A stretch of 64,000 nucleotides of DNA, from the NCBI GenBank assembly GCA_965116595.1, contig OZ220708.1, forward strand, positions 169,187-233,186, read 5' to 3'. The translations under genes and the position numbers were made by a program. The notes under the pieces were generated by a model, which was not told where the DNA came from, made no database searches, and saw nothing but the letters and a program-made list of their open reading frames with translations. Positions 1 through 8,211 of this stretch are shown here, piece after piece. This DNA comes from Arenicellales bacterium. GTDB lineage: Bacteria > Pseudomonadota > Gammaproteobacteria > Arenicellales > Poriferihabitantaceae. Positions within the stretch are counted from its first letter, which is position 1, and every line of letters starts with the position of its first letter.

Positions 1-1
1 C

Positions 2-391
2 GCGTCGGATGTAACGATCGCATGTCGTCGTGGCGCCACCCCGTGTAATGCAGCCCAGAAGCTGTTCCCCAAGGCAACCGTCCGACGTTTCGACGATGAT
101 GCCCAGGCATTCCAGGAAGTGGTTAACGGCAACGCTCATGCCATGATTTCCAGCGCCCCAAAACCCCGTTTCTGGTCCGACGCATACTCTGACAAGATTT
201 TTCTGCCGTTCGGCGGGGAAAACCTGACCAAGGGTGATGAAGCTTTCGCACTGAGAAAAGGGGATGCGGATGCGCTCAACTTTTTCAGCAACTGGATTCT
301 CGTCAATTCCAGTAACGGATGGCTGAAGGAAACTCACGACTACTGGTTCAAGGATCAATCCGGGTGGATAGATATGGTCTCCAGTGAATAA
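2..391 (+). CDS. Amino-acid ABC transporter periplasmic substrate-binding protein, C-terminal part (5' end outside window)
   Basis: The frame is open from base 2 to the stop at 389-391. The translation (...AQKLFPKATVRRFDDDAQAFQEVVNGNAHAMISSAPKPRFW...) resembles family-3 solute-binding proteins. The cognate permease and ATPase genes follow. Confidence 0.7.
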   Translation, partial: ASDVTIACRRGATPCNAAQKLFPKATVRRFDDDAQAFQEVVNGNAHAMISSAPKPRFWSDAYSDKIFLPFGGENLTKGDEAFALRKGDADALNFFSNWILVNSSNGWLKETHDYWFKDQSGWIDMVSSE

Positions 392-476
392 CCTCGCTGA
401 TAGTACATAACAGAACTTAAGCAACGCCGGTTTTCTGAAAATCGGCGTTGCATTAAACTCCAGACCAGACATCATT

Positions 477-1382
477 TTGGACCGAAACTCTCCACCGCCG
501 CAAAAGTCAAGACGCCGAATGCAATGGGTTGATTTCCTGCTGTTCGGCCTCGTTGCGGGGATTGTTTTCTATGGAATGTATCGTGTCAACGATGTTCTGG
601 TTTACGAGTGGGACTGGTCACGGGTATTCGGGTTTGTCATCCGATATGATCAGGAATCGGATTCCTGGGTTGCCAATCTGCTCCTGCAGGGACTGGCTAC
701 CACCCTGCGGCTCGCTGTCTGGTCTACCCTGTTCGCAATCATTGTGGGCGTCGTCATGGGCTATTGGCGAACCTGCAACAGCCTTGCATTGCGCATTATC
801 AGTCGCTGTTATGTCGAGTTGATTCGCAATATGCCACCCGTTGTTTTCATTTTTATTTTCTACTTCTTCGTATCCAGCCAGATATTTCCCGCTATGGGTC
901 TGGACAATATCGATACCACAGGCGCCATCGCCTCGAGTCCGGTTTTCACGTTCCTGTTTGGTGAACCTCATTTGTTCACTAATTTTCTGGCTGGAATGAT
1001 TTGCCTGTCCCTGTTTGAAGGCGCCTACATTACCGAGATCGTGCGTGCCGGCATTCAGTCCACACCCAATGGTCAGTGGGAGGCGGCCAAAGCGATTGGA
1101 TTATCCCATTTCAACGTGCTTCGGGACATCATACTCCCTCAGGCGATTCGCAAGATTCTGCCTCCGCTTGCCGGTCAGTTTATTACCCTGATCAAAGACT
1201 CGGCCATCATTTCGCTGATTTCAATTCAGGAGTTGACCTTTATCGCCAATGAAGTGGCTGCAACGACGACACGGGTATTTGAAACCTGGATACTGGTTGG
1301 CGGAATGTATTTCGTGCTTTGTTACAGCTTCGCTGTCCTGTTCGCTCATCTTGAAACGAGAGCGAAAAGGAGTAATCGCTAA
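477..1382 (+). CDS. Amino-acid ABC transporter permease (His/Glu/Gln/Arg/opine family)
   Basis: 301-aa multi-pass membrane ORF with an EAA-like loop (FEGAYITEIVRAGIQSTPNGQWEAAKAIGLS). The track start at 477 is TTG; an ATG at 519 is an alternative. Confidence 0.85.
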   Translation: MDRNSPPPQKSRRRMQWVDFLLFGLVAGIVFYGMYRVNDVLVYEWDWSRVFGFVIRYDQESDSWVANLLLQGLATTLRLAVWSTLFAIIVGVVMGYWRTCNSLALRIISRCYVELIRNMPPVVFIFIFYFFVSSQIFPAMGLDNIDTTGAIASSPVFTFLFGEPHLFTNFLAGMICLSLFEGAYITEIVRAGIQSTPNGQWEAAKAIGLSHFNVLRDIILPQAIRKILPPLAGQFITLIKDSAIISLISIQELTFIANEVAATTTRVFETWILVGGMYFVLCYSFAVLFAHLETRAKRSNR

Positions 1383-1409
1383 TCAGGAGCCTTTTCGGGA
1401 GACATTATT

Positions 1410-2165
1410 ATGCCAAACAAAAATTCTACGCTGCCTCTCGTTGAAATTTCCGGCTTGTGCAAATGGTACGGAAATTTCAGTGCGCTTCATGATATTAATC
1501 TGAATATTTCCGCCGGTGAAAAAGTGGTTGTTTGTGGACCATCGGGCTCCGGAAAATCAACCGTAATCCGTTGTATCAATCAACTTGAAGAACACCAGAG
1601 AGGGACCATTAAAGTCAACGGCCGTGAAGTCAAACCCGGCATGAAGAAGATCGAAGAAGTACGCCGTGACGTCGGTATGGTGTTCCAGAGTTTCAACCTG
1701 TTCCCACACATGACCGTTCTGGATAATCTGACTATTGGCCCCATTCGAAACAGCGGAATCCCCAGATCAGACGCGACTGATACTGCCATGCACTACCTCG
1801 AACGCGTTCAAATTTCCGAACAGGCGAACAAATACCCGCCGCAGCTTTCTGGCGGGCAACAGCAACGGGTAGCCATTGCCAGAGCGCTCTGTCTGAAACC
1901 GAAAATCATGTTGTTTGATGAACCGACTTCAGCTTTGGATCCGGAAATGATTGCCGGAATACTGGATGTAGTGGTAGAACTGGCTGAAGAAGGCATGACC
2001 ATGATCTGTGTGACCCATGAAATGGGCTTTGCCCGCAGGGTGGCCGACCGAATCGTCTTTATGGATGTTGGTGAGATCGTTGAAGTAGCCGATCCCGAAA
2101 CCTTTTTCAACAACCCCGAAACGGACCGGGCAAAACTGTTCCTGAGCCAGATCCTGGGACATTAG
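1410..2165 (+). CDS. Amino-acid ABC transporter ATP-binding protein (GlnQ-like)
   Basis: Walker A GPSGSGKST, signature LSGGQQQRVAIARAL and Walker B MLFDEPTSALD are present. An RBS-like GGGAGA lies upstream. Confidence 0.95.
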   Translation: MPNKNSTLPLVEISGLCKWYGNFSALHDINLNISAGEKVVVCGPSGSGKSTVIRCINQLEEHQRGTIKVNGREVKPGMKKIEEVRRDVGMVFQSFNLFPHMTVLDNLTIGPIRNSGIPRSDATDTAMHYLERVQISEQANKYPPQLSGGQQQRVAIARALCLKPKIMLFDEPTSALDPEMIAGILDVVVELAEEGMTMICVTHEMGFARRVADRIVFMDVGEIVEVADPETFFNNPETDRAKLFLSQILGH

Positions 2166-2231
2166 CGCTCCCGCCCCACCGTCGGGTTTCTATATCACTC
2201 GATTCTGTCAACGAATTACTGAACATTTACA

Positions 2232-2251
2232 ATTCCCGCGGAAGCGGGAAT
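2232..2251. repeat. REP-like palindrome attcccgcggaagcgggaat (family C)
   Basis: Perfect 8-bp-arm palindrome. The same motif recurs three times in the 47.0-47.3 kb tandem array. Confidence 0.7.
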
Positions 2252-2330
2252 CCACCAAAGGCTCTACGAACCCTGTTAGAGATTGCTGTTTCTGCTATCT
2301 AGTGATAGCGCTTTATGATATTATGAAAGA

Positions 2331-2585
2331 ATGAACAGCAAGCATAAGAAAACACTCGCTGCTATTTTCTCAACGCCTGTTCCAAAGAATATCGAATGGG
2401 CGAAAATAGAAGCGCTATTGGTTGCTGTAGGTTGCGTTGTTACGGATGGTGGTGGTTCAAGGGTAAAGTTTGATTTTAAAGGACATACGGCGGCTTTTCA
2501 TCGACCACACCCGCAAAAAGAAACCAAACCGTATGCTGTCCGTCTGGTACGTGAATATTTAAAACTGACCGGTATCAAACCATGA
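2331..2585 (+). CDS. hicA: Type II toxin-antitoxin system HicA-family toxin
   Basis: 84-aa ORF with the HicA-like pattern MNSKHKKTL..IF....I.W..IE.L......GGGSRV.F......AFHRPHPQKE. It overlaps the downstream HicB ORF by 4 nt. Confidence 0.85.
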   Translation: MNSKHKKTLAAIFSTPVPKNIEWAKIEALLVAVGCVVTDGGGSRVKFDFKGHTAAFHRPHPQKETKPYAVRLVREYLKLTGIKP

Positions 2586-2956
2586 ATAATTTAACATACA
2601 AAGGTTATTACTCAAAAATTGAGTTTGAAGCAGACAGTGATGTTTTTGTGGGTCGTTTGGCAGGCATTACCGATATTATCGTGTTTGAGGCGGATACAGT
2701 GGAGGAACTTAAAACAGCGTTTATTGAAGCGGTAGATGATTATCTGACGCATTGTGAGCGTATAGGGAAACAGGCGCAAAAAGCGTTTTCCGGAAAGTTG
2801 ATGTTGCGGATTAATCCGGAAGTACACGCAGAGGTTGCATTAGCGACTGAACTGAGTCATGCAAAAAGCATGAATGAGTTTGCAGAAGCGGCCTTGCACA
2901 AAGAAGCCCAGGCATATATAAATGCGCAACATGACATTCAAAGACCTGAAACCTGA
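2582..2956 (+). CDS. hicB: Type II toxin-antitoxin system HicB-family antitoxin
   Basis: 124-aa ORF with a YKGY...IEFEADSDVFVGRL N-terminal HicB fold pattern and a C-terminal RHH-like segment (GKLMLRINPEVHAEVA). It has an ATGA overlap with hicA. Confidence 0.85.
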   Translation: MNNLTYKGYYSKIEFEADSDVFVGRLAGITDIIVFEADTVEELKTAFIEAVDDYLTHCERIGKQAQKAFSGKLMLRINPEVHAEVALATELSHAKSMNEFAEAALHKEAQAYINAQHDIQRPET

Positions 2957-2995
2957 ATTGCGTACCACTCATGAATAACCTCTCTTACACCTCTC

Positions 2996-3757
2996 ATGCC
3001 CGTACCTGACCGCTCACAGAGCCTGGCGGTTCTGATTGATGCCGACAATACCAGCGAACGTTACGCTCACGCGATCTTCGAGGAGATCGCCAAGCTGGGC
3101 GAAGCTAACGTGCGACGGATTTACGGCGATTTCTCCGGCGCTCGCCTTGCCGGATGGGACAAGAGGATTCAGTCTCTTGCAATCCTGCAACATCAGCAAC
3201 GCAACAATACAACCGGCAAAAACGCCGCCGACATCGCGCTTGTGATTGACGCCATGGACCTGATGCACAAAGGTAAGCTGGACGGCTTCTGCCTGATCAG
3301 TTCGGACAGCGATTTCACCCGACTGGCGCAACGTCTGCGGGAGGATGGACTGGTGGTCTACGGCTTTGGAGAGCGCAAGACCCCGGAAGCATTCCGCAGC
3401 GCCTGCAACCGGTTCATCTATGTCGAGAATCTGATGGAAGCGGGAGAAGAAAAAGGGGATGGCAGGACGGCTGCCGCACCATCGTCGGCAGCAAAAAAGG
3501 AGCCGCCTTCAAAGGCCGTGAAGATCATCGCCAGGGCGATAGAGGAATCGGACGACGATGGCTGGATAAATCTGGGTATTGTTGGCGCCCGGATATTCGG
3601 CACGGCGCCGGATTTCGACCCGCGCACCTATGGCTGCCCCAACCTGAGCACGCTGGCCACGAAGTCCGGCGGTTTTGAAATCCAGAAGAGTCCGGGCAAC
3701 GCGGTGCATATCCGCCGCAAGGCGCAGGAAAAACCGAAAGGCAGAAAGGCCAAATGA
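2996..3757 (+). CDS. NYN-domain (LabA/PIN-like) protein with C-terminal OST-HTH/LOTUS domain
   Basis: The N-terminus (LAVLIDADN...GKNAADIALVIDAMDL...FCLISSDSDFTRLAQRLRE.G..VYGFG) is typical of NYN ribonuclease-like proteins. The C-terminus (WINLGIVGARI....DFDPRTYGC.NLS.L) is OST-HTH-like. Confidence 0.8.
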   Translation: MPVPDRSQSLAVLIDADNTSERYAHAIFEEIAKLGEANVRRIYGDFSGARLAGWDKRIQSLAILQHQQRNNTTGKNAADIALVIDAMDLMHKGKLDGFCLISSDSDFTRLAQRLREDGLVVYGFGERKTPEAFRSACNRFIYVENLMEAGEEKGDGRTAAAPSSAAKKEPPSKAVKIIARAIEESDDDGWINLGIVGARIFGTAPDFDPRTYGCPNLSTLATKSGGFEIQKSPGNAVHIRRKAQEKPKGRKAK

Positions 3758-3771
3758 CCGGTACCCAACCA

Positions 3772-3808
3772 TCATCGTAGGGGCAGGCCACCGTGCCTGC
3801 CCGCGAAC
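3772..3808. repeat. REP-like element (family B, gtaggg[ga]caggccaccgtgcctg[ct]ccgc)
   Basis: Imperfect palindrome. Near-identical copies lie at about 23378, 29381-29545, 32462-32566 and 34300, and within the 47.0 kb array. Confidence 0.7.
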
Positions 3809-3810
3809 CT

Positions 3811-4083
3811 TCATATTGATAGATCACGATAAAAGTTCTCGTGCGAACCCAGGGCGAGCAACGTCATGCAGTCCGGTTTTTTCTCATACAGATATGCCAA
3901 CAGATATTGTTTATCAGCCACTTTATATTTATATACACGCACCCCCGCCAGTCCCCCCTTTTTCATATCGCCAATACCGGTGTCGGCGATCAGCTTCCTG
4001 ACCGCATCATCGACAGCCGTTTTTTCTTTCCGGTGAAGCTTTTTGACCGTTCTTGAAAAAACTCCGGTTTGAACAACCTTCAT
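3811..4083 (-). CDS. RelE/ParE-family type II toxin
   Basis: The 90-aa ORF (...VDDAVRKLIADTGIGDMKKGGLAGVRVYKYKVADKQYLLAYLYEKK..MTLLALGSHENFY) has the RelE/ParE beta-sheet pattern. It overlaps the upstream antitoxin ORF by 4 nt. Confidence 0.75.
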   Translation of the reverse strand: MKVVQTGVFSRTVKKLHRKEKTAVDDAVRKLIADTGIGDMKKGGLAGVRVYKYKVADKQYLLAYLYEKKPDCMTLLALGSHENFYRDLSI

Positions 4084-4298
4084 CCGAATTGGTATTCGGT
4101 GAGACCAGCCGCATCCGCCTCTTCCAGCCCAATCAATACATCTTTCACAAAGCCCAGCGGCAAGTCAGGATTTTCCTCGGAAATCCTGCCAATCGTTGCC
4201 CAGTACTCAATCTGTTTGGGGGGCGAACGGTGAAACACCCTGGCATACGCAGTCGCATCAGCGACTAACTGATCCGACAGTTTGATGGCTTTAGGCAT
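4080..4298 (-). CDS. ParD-like/RHH-type antitoxin partner of the RelE-family toxin
   Basis: I chose the internal ATG at 4298, which is preceded by GAGGAAG. This gives a 72-aa product, MPKAIKLSDQLVADATAYARVFHRSPPKQIEYWATIGR.... The longer 117-aa track ORF has no support upstream of this start. Confidence 0.6.
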   Translation of the reverse strand: MPKAIKLSDQLVADATAYARVFHRSPPKQIEYWATIGRISEENPDLPLGFVKDVLIGLEEADAAGLTEYQFG

Positions 4299-4638
4299 AA
4301 TCTTCCTCGTGGCAATGCCAGTGAATAAACACCTATTATAGCCAATAGGTTCCTTTTTACAACCTATAGAGTTATCCAAGAAGGACGGATTTGTGATATC
4401 CTCGCCCCGGTATTTCAACTCCGAATCAATCATCCCATCAAGGCAGAGTGACGATGTGTGAAGAAAATCCGTTTGTAGAAATCCGTTCAGGGGAGCTTGC
4501 CGCCCCGGGATTGCCGTTCAGCCATTGCAAGGCACGACCGGCGTGCCGGCGGGATTGCGATGAGACGTTCGCCGGCATTGTTTCTTCTCTTCGCATTCCG
4601 GGCGCTGACTCCTGCCGTCGCGACTGCCGGGGACGGCG

Positions 4639-6705
4639 ATGACACGGGATCCGCGCTACGACGTGCTGTTCGAGCCGGTGCGCATCGGCCCGGTGACCGC
4701 AAAGAACCGCTTCTACCAGGTCCCCCACTGCAACGGCGCCGGCGACTGGTCGCCGCGGGCGACGGCCGCGATGCGCGAGGTCAAGGCCGAAGGCGGCTGG
4801 GGCGTGGTCTGCACCGAGAACATGATGGTGGACGCGTGGAGCGACATCAGTCCGTTTCCGGCGGTGCGGCTGTGGAGCGACGAGGATCTGCCGGGGCAAC
4901 GCGAGATGGTCGAGCGTGTACACGGCCACGGCGCGCTGGCCGGCTGCGAGCTGGCCCATTTTGGAATCGCCGCCGCCAATCGCACCACTCGCCATCTCCC
5001 GCTCGGCCCATCGAGCCGCATGACCATGGAGTCCATCGACCCGCGGCAGTCGCGGCGCATGGACACCGGAGACATCCGGCGCTTTCGGCGCCGCCACCGC
5101 GAGGCCGCGTTACGGGCCAAGCGTGTCGGCTTCGACGTCGTCTACCTCTACTGCCTGCACGAGAATTCGATCATCTCGCAGTTCTTCTCGCGCAGGATCA
5201 ACGACCGCGGCGACGAGTACGGCGGTAGCTTCGAGAACCGGACCCGGCTGTTCCGCGAACTGCTCGAAGACACCCTGGATGCGGTGGGGGACCGCTGCGC
5301 GGTGGCGGTGAGGATTGCCGTGGCGGAACTGGCCGGCCAACCCGTCGTCGAGCCGTCGGAACTGCGCGACATCATCGAGTTGCAGGCCGAGGTGCCCGAC
5401 CTATGGGACGTCAACCTCAACGACTGGTCCTTCGACTCCGCCACCTCCCGGTTCGCGGGGGAAGGGCACGAGGAGCCGCACGTGGCGTTCGTCAAGTCCG
5501 TGACCACGAAGCCGGTGGTCGGGGTCGGCCGGTTCACCTCTCCCGAAACCATGCTCTCGCAGGTGAGGCGGGGCATCATCGACTTCGTCGGCGCGGCGCG
5601 CCCGTCCATTGCCGACCCGTTCCTGCCCAAGAAGATCGAGGAGGGCCGCCTCGACGAGATCCGCGAGTGCATCGGCTGCAACATCTGCGTGGCCGGCGAG
5701 AACAGCTTCACCCCCATGCGGTGCACGCAGAACCCGACCATCATGGAGGAGTGGCGCCGCGGCTGGCATCCCGAGCGGGTGCCGCGAAGCGAGCGTTGCG
5801 AGCCGGTGCTGATCGTGGGCGCCGGCGCGGCCGGTCTGGAGTGCGCGCTGACGCTCGCGCGGCGCGGCCATCCGGTGACGCTCGCCGAGGCATCGGAGCA
5901 TCTGGGCGGAAGGGTCCTGCGCGAGAGTCAGCTCCCCGGCCTCGCCGAGTGGATTCGGGTGCGCGACTACCGGGTCGGGCAGCTTCGGACGATGCCCGGT
6001 GTCGACATCTATCCGGCCTCCGAGCTGACCGCCGAGGACGTGCTCGAATTCGGGGCGCAGCGCGTGGTCTGCGCCACCGGGGCGTACTGGCGCCGCGACG
6101 GCTGTGGCCGCCACCACCGGGCGCCGCCGCTCGATCCGGCGGAGCCCGGACTGTTCACGCCGGACGACGTGATGGACGGCGCCTGCATCGAGGGTCCGGT
6201 CGTCATCTACGACGACGACGGGGCCTATCTGGCGGCGGCCCTTGCCGAGAAGCTGCTCGCGGACGACGCCGAGGTCGCCATCGTGACGCCGCACGCCACG
6301 TTCGCGCGGTGGACGGCCCTCACCCTCGAACAGGACCGTCTGACGCGGCGGATCCTGGAGCGGGGAGTCCGTCTGGAGCTGGCCACGCAGCTCGGGAGGT
6401 TCGACCACGAGGGCGTGCACTGCGAATGCGTGTATACCGGTCGGACGGTGAGCTTGCCTGCAGCCTCGCTCGTGGTCGTCACCTCGAGGATGCCGAACGA
6501 CCGCCTGTTTAGGGCACTTCAGGCTCGGCCGCAGGCGCTGTCCGAGGCGGGCATCGAGCGGGTCGACCACATCGGCGACTGCGATGCGCCCGGACTGATC
6601 GCTCATGCCGTCTTTGCCGGGCACGAGTTGGCGCGCCGATTCGATGCACCCGAGGGGGAGCAACTTTCCTGTCGGCGTGAGCACCCGGCGGCGATGCACG
6701 GGTGA
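4639..6705 (+). CDS. Trimethylamine/dimethylamine/histamine dehydrogenase-family iron-sulfur flavoprotein (OYE-like FMN domain plus FAD/NAD(P)-binding domain)
   Basis: The N-terminus [33 protein letters not shown] parallels TMADH ([33 protein letters not shown]), including the FMN-linking Cys. The 4Fe-4S motif CIGCNICV...C and the dinucleotide fold [12 protein letters not shown] are present. The gene is strikingly GC-rich. Confidence 0.85.
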   Translation: [688 protein letters not shown]

Positions 6706-7314
6706 CAACAGCTCGACCGAGGTAAAGTGAAAGAGGTTCATCACCAGATCGATCAGGCTTCGCGAGCGCATGGCCTGACTCCCGCATTAGTGACTGCCGG
6801 GGCGGCGGCGATTCCGGCAATCCCGAGGAATCGCGGCAGCTTGCCCACTCCGGAGCGAAAGTTGTTCCTGCAATCCGGGGGGGCATGTTTGATGCCATTC
6901 TGATGTAGAATATATCTATCTTATTGTTTTTATTATCTTCGTGAAATCCAAAAGCTGAACACGCCCGTGGTAAAGGCACCATACCCGCGACGGAAGACGC
7001 AGAGATTGACACGCTTCCCGAGCAGTTCCGTGCCGCGGACATCCGCCGTCCCTGCCAGGCCTGAGAAAGCAAGCAGCAGCAGGGCCCGAAGCGGCGCTCC
7101 GACGATGATGGGACAGCAGACAGACTGGAGTATTTTTGACGTACTTTATGCCGAAAATCGCCGCTTTGTCACCATTAAAACTAATGGTTTTGGGCAATTA
7201 ATCAGCCGTAATGCAGAAATTAATATCAAAAACCGGTATATGACGAGACCGGCAACCGGATGACGATGCGCCGCACCGGGCATGATCGTCCCGGGGGCCC
7301 TGGGAGAAGGAAGG

Positions 7315-7390
<76 letters not shown>

Positions 7391-7445
7391 AAAAGCTAAG
7401 GGACGCTGGCTTGACGCTGGATTATATGCGCCGCGCCGGATCATA

Positions 7446-7478
7446 GTCTACCGGATAATTTCCGGCAGATCAGGCTTG
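7446..7478. repeat. Direct repeat copy A (relic of the ispH 3' end plus hairpin)
   Basis: gtctaccggataatttccggcagatcaggcttg matches 8179-8211 at 30 of 33 positions. It contains the palindrome ccggataatttccgg. Confidence 0.85.
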
Positions 7479-7504
7479 ACTATTCCGCAGTTCGGTCGGG
7501 AGGT

Positions 7505-8059
7505 TCAGACCGGCATGCCGAAGAGCACGCCGTGGAAGTACATCAACAGGCCGGCCGCGATCAGGCCACCGACCACCGCGGCCGCATCCATCGCCAGTCG
7601 GGGCGCCGTGTCGGTAGACGGATGTTTCCCGCGCGACTCCAGGCTCAATGCCGCCAGTACCGCATACGCCGCGAAACCGCCGAACAGAACGACCGAGGCC
7701 AGGTCACCGTTTGCGGCGAGGTGGGCGAGTGCCCACACGAGCAACCCGAGCAACATCGGGTGACGGAGCACGGCCCGGATGTGGGTTGGCATGTTGGCCG
7801 CCGCGAAGAGCACTATCGAGACCGGCACCGCGATCATCGCCGCATGGCGTCCCCAGGATGCAGGAATGTAGACCGGCTCGAAAGGCGCCTCGGAAAAGCC
7901 CCATACTATCAGCGCGATGCTTGCGAATGCGATCAGCGAGAACACGGCGCGGTAAGTCTGCTGGCCCATGCCCGCTACCAGGGCGGCGCGCAAGGGTGCA
8001 ATGCTCGGGATTGCATGAATGGCAATGAACAGCGCCAGGCCGGCAATGAGAAGAGTCAT
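7505..8059 (-). CDS. NnrU-family membrane protein
   Basis: 184-aa hydrophobic ORF with NnrU-like motifs (FIAIHAIPS, RHPMLLG..VWALAHL..NGD). It is GC-rich relative to its neighbours. Confidence 0.8.
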   Translation of the reverse strand: MTLLIAGLALFIAIHAIPSIAPLRAALVAGMGQQTYRAVFSLIAFASIALIVWGFSEAPFEPVYIPASWGRHAAMIAVPVSIVLFAAANMPTHIRAVLRHPMLLGLLVWALAHLAANGDLASVVLFGGFAAYAVLAALSLESRGKHPSTDTAPRLAMDAAAVVGGLIAAGLLMYFHGVLFGMPV

Positions 8060-8178
8060 CGGGATACTCCCTGGTGGGTCTTGTAAATCACGTCAGTGGT
8101 TGTCCGGAACATCCCCTGATTCTGCACCGAAACGCTGTGGAGCACAACGTCTTCGCCTGCCGGACGCGGCGTTTCGGC

Positions 8179-8211
8179 GTCTACCGGATAATTTCCGGTG
8201 GATCAGGCCTG
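8179..8211. repeat. Direct repeat copy B (authentic ispH 3' end plus hairpin)
   Basis: gtctaccggataatttccggtggatcaggcctg. Bases 8203-8211 are the last two codons and the stop of ispH. Confidence 0.85.

Noticed and set aside
4438-6771. Many long overlapping track ORFs on both strands (for example 4438-5097 minus, 4497-5228 plus, 5403-6512 plus, 5401-6771 minus)
   Set aside because: They are Arg/Ala/Gly/Pro-rich low-complexity translations, typical of stop-codon depletion in very GC-rich DNA. Only the 4639-6705 frame gives a recognisable protein (TMADH family).
4621-6812. Short similar strings cgactgccggggacggcgat (4621-4640) and tgactgccggggcggcggcgat (6791-6812) flanking the TMADH-family gene, considered as cassette-bounding direct repeats
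   Set aside because: Only 11 contiguous identical bases plus a gapped 7-mer, in GC-rich sequence. This is too short and too low in complexity to distinguish from chance without genome-wide statistics.
6706-7314. About 600 nt between the GC-rich gene and tRNA-Thr, searched for an integrase or transposase remnant or an att copy of the tRNA 3' end
   Set aside because: No frame gives a recognisable recombinase fragment. There is no copy of the tRNA-Thr 3' segment here or near 2166-2330. The ORFs at 6509-7072, 6916-7197 and 6967-7263 look like noise.
2166-7314. Possibility that the whole accessory content represents a prophage or ICE (likewise for 50.4-63.5 kb)
   Set aside because: No integrase, terminase, capsid/tail, relaxase or T4SS genes occur anywhere in the window. 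The accessory patches are better described as small islets and an R-M-centred defence island.
7532-8086. 184-aa plus-strand ORF and other ORFs antisense to NnrU
   Set aside because: The products are Arg/His/Gly-rich with no motifs. They mirror the genuine hydrophobic NnrU ORF on the minus strand in GC-rich DNA.
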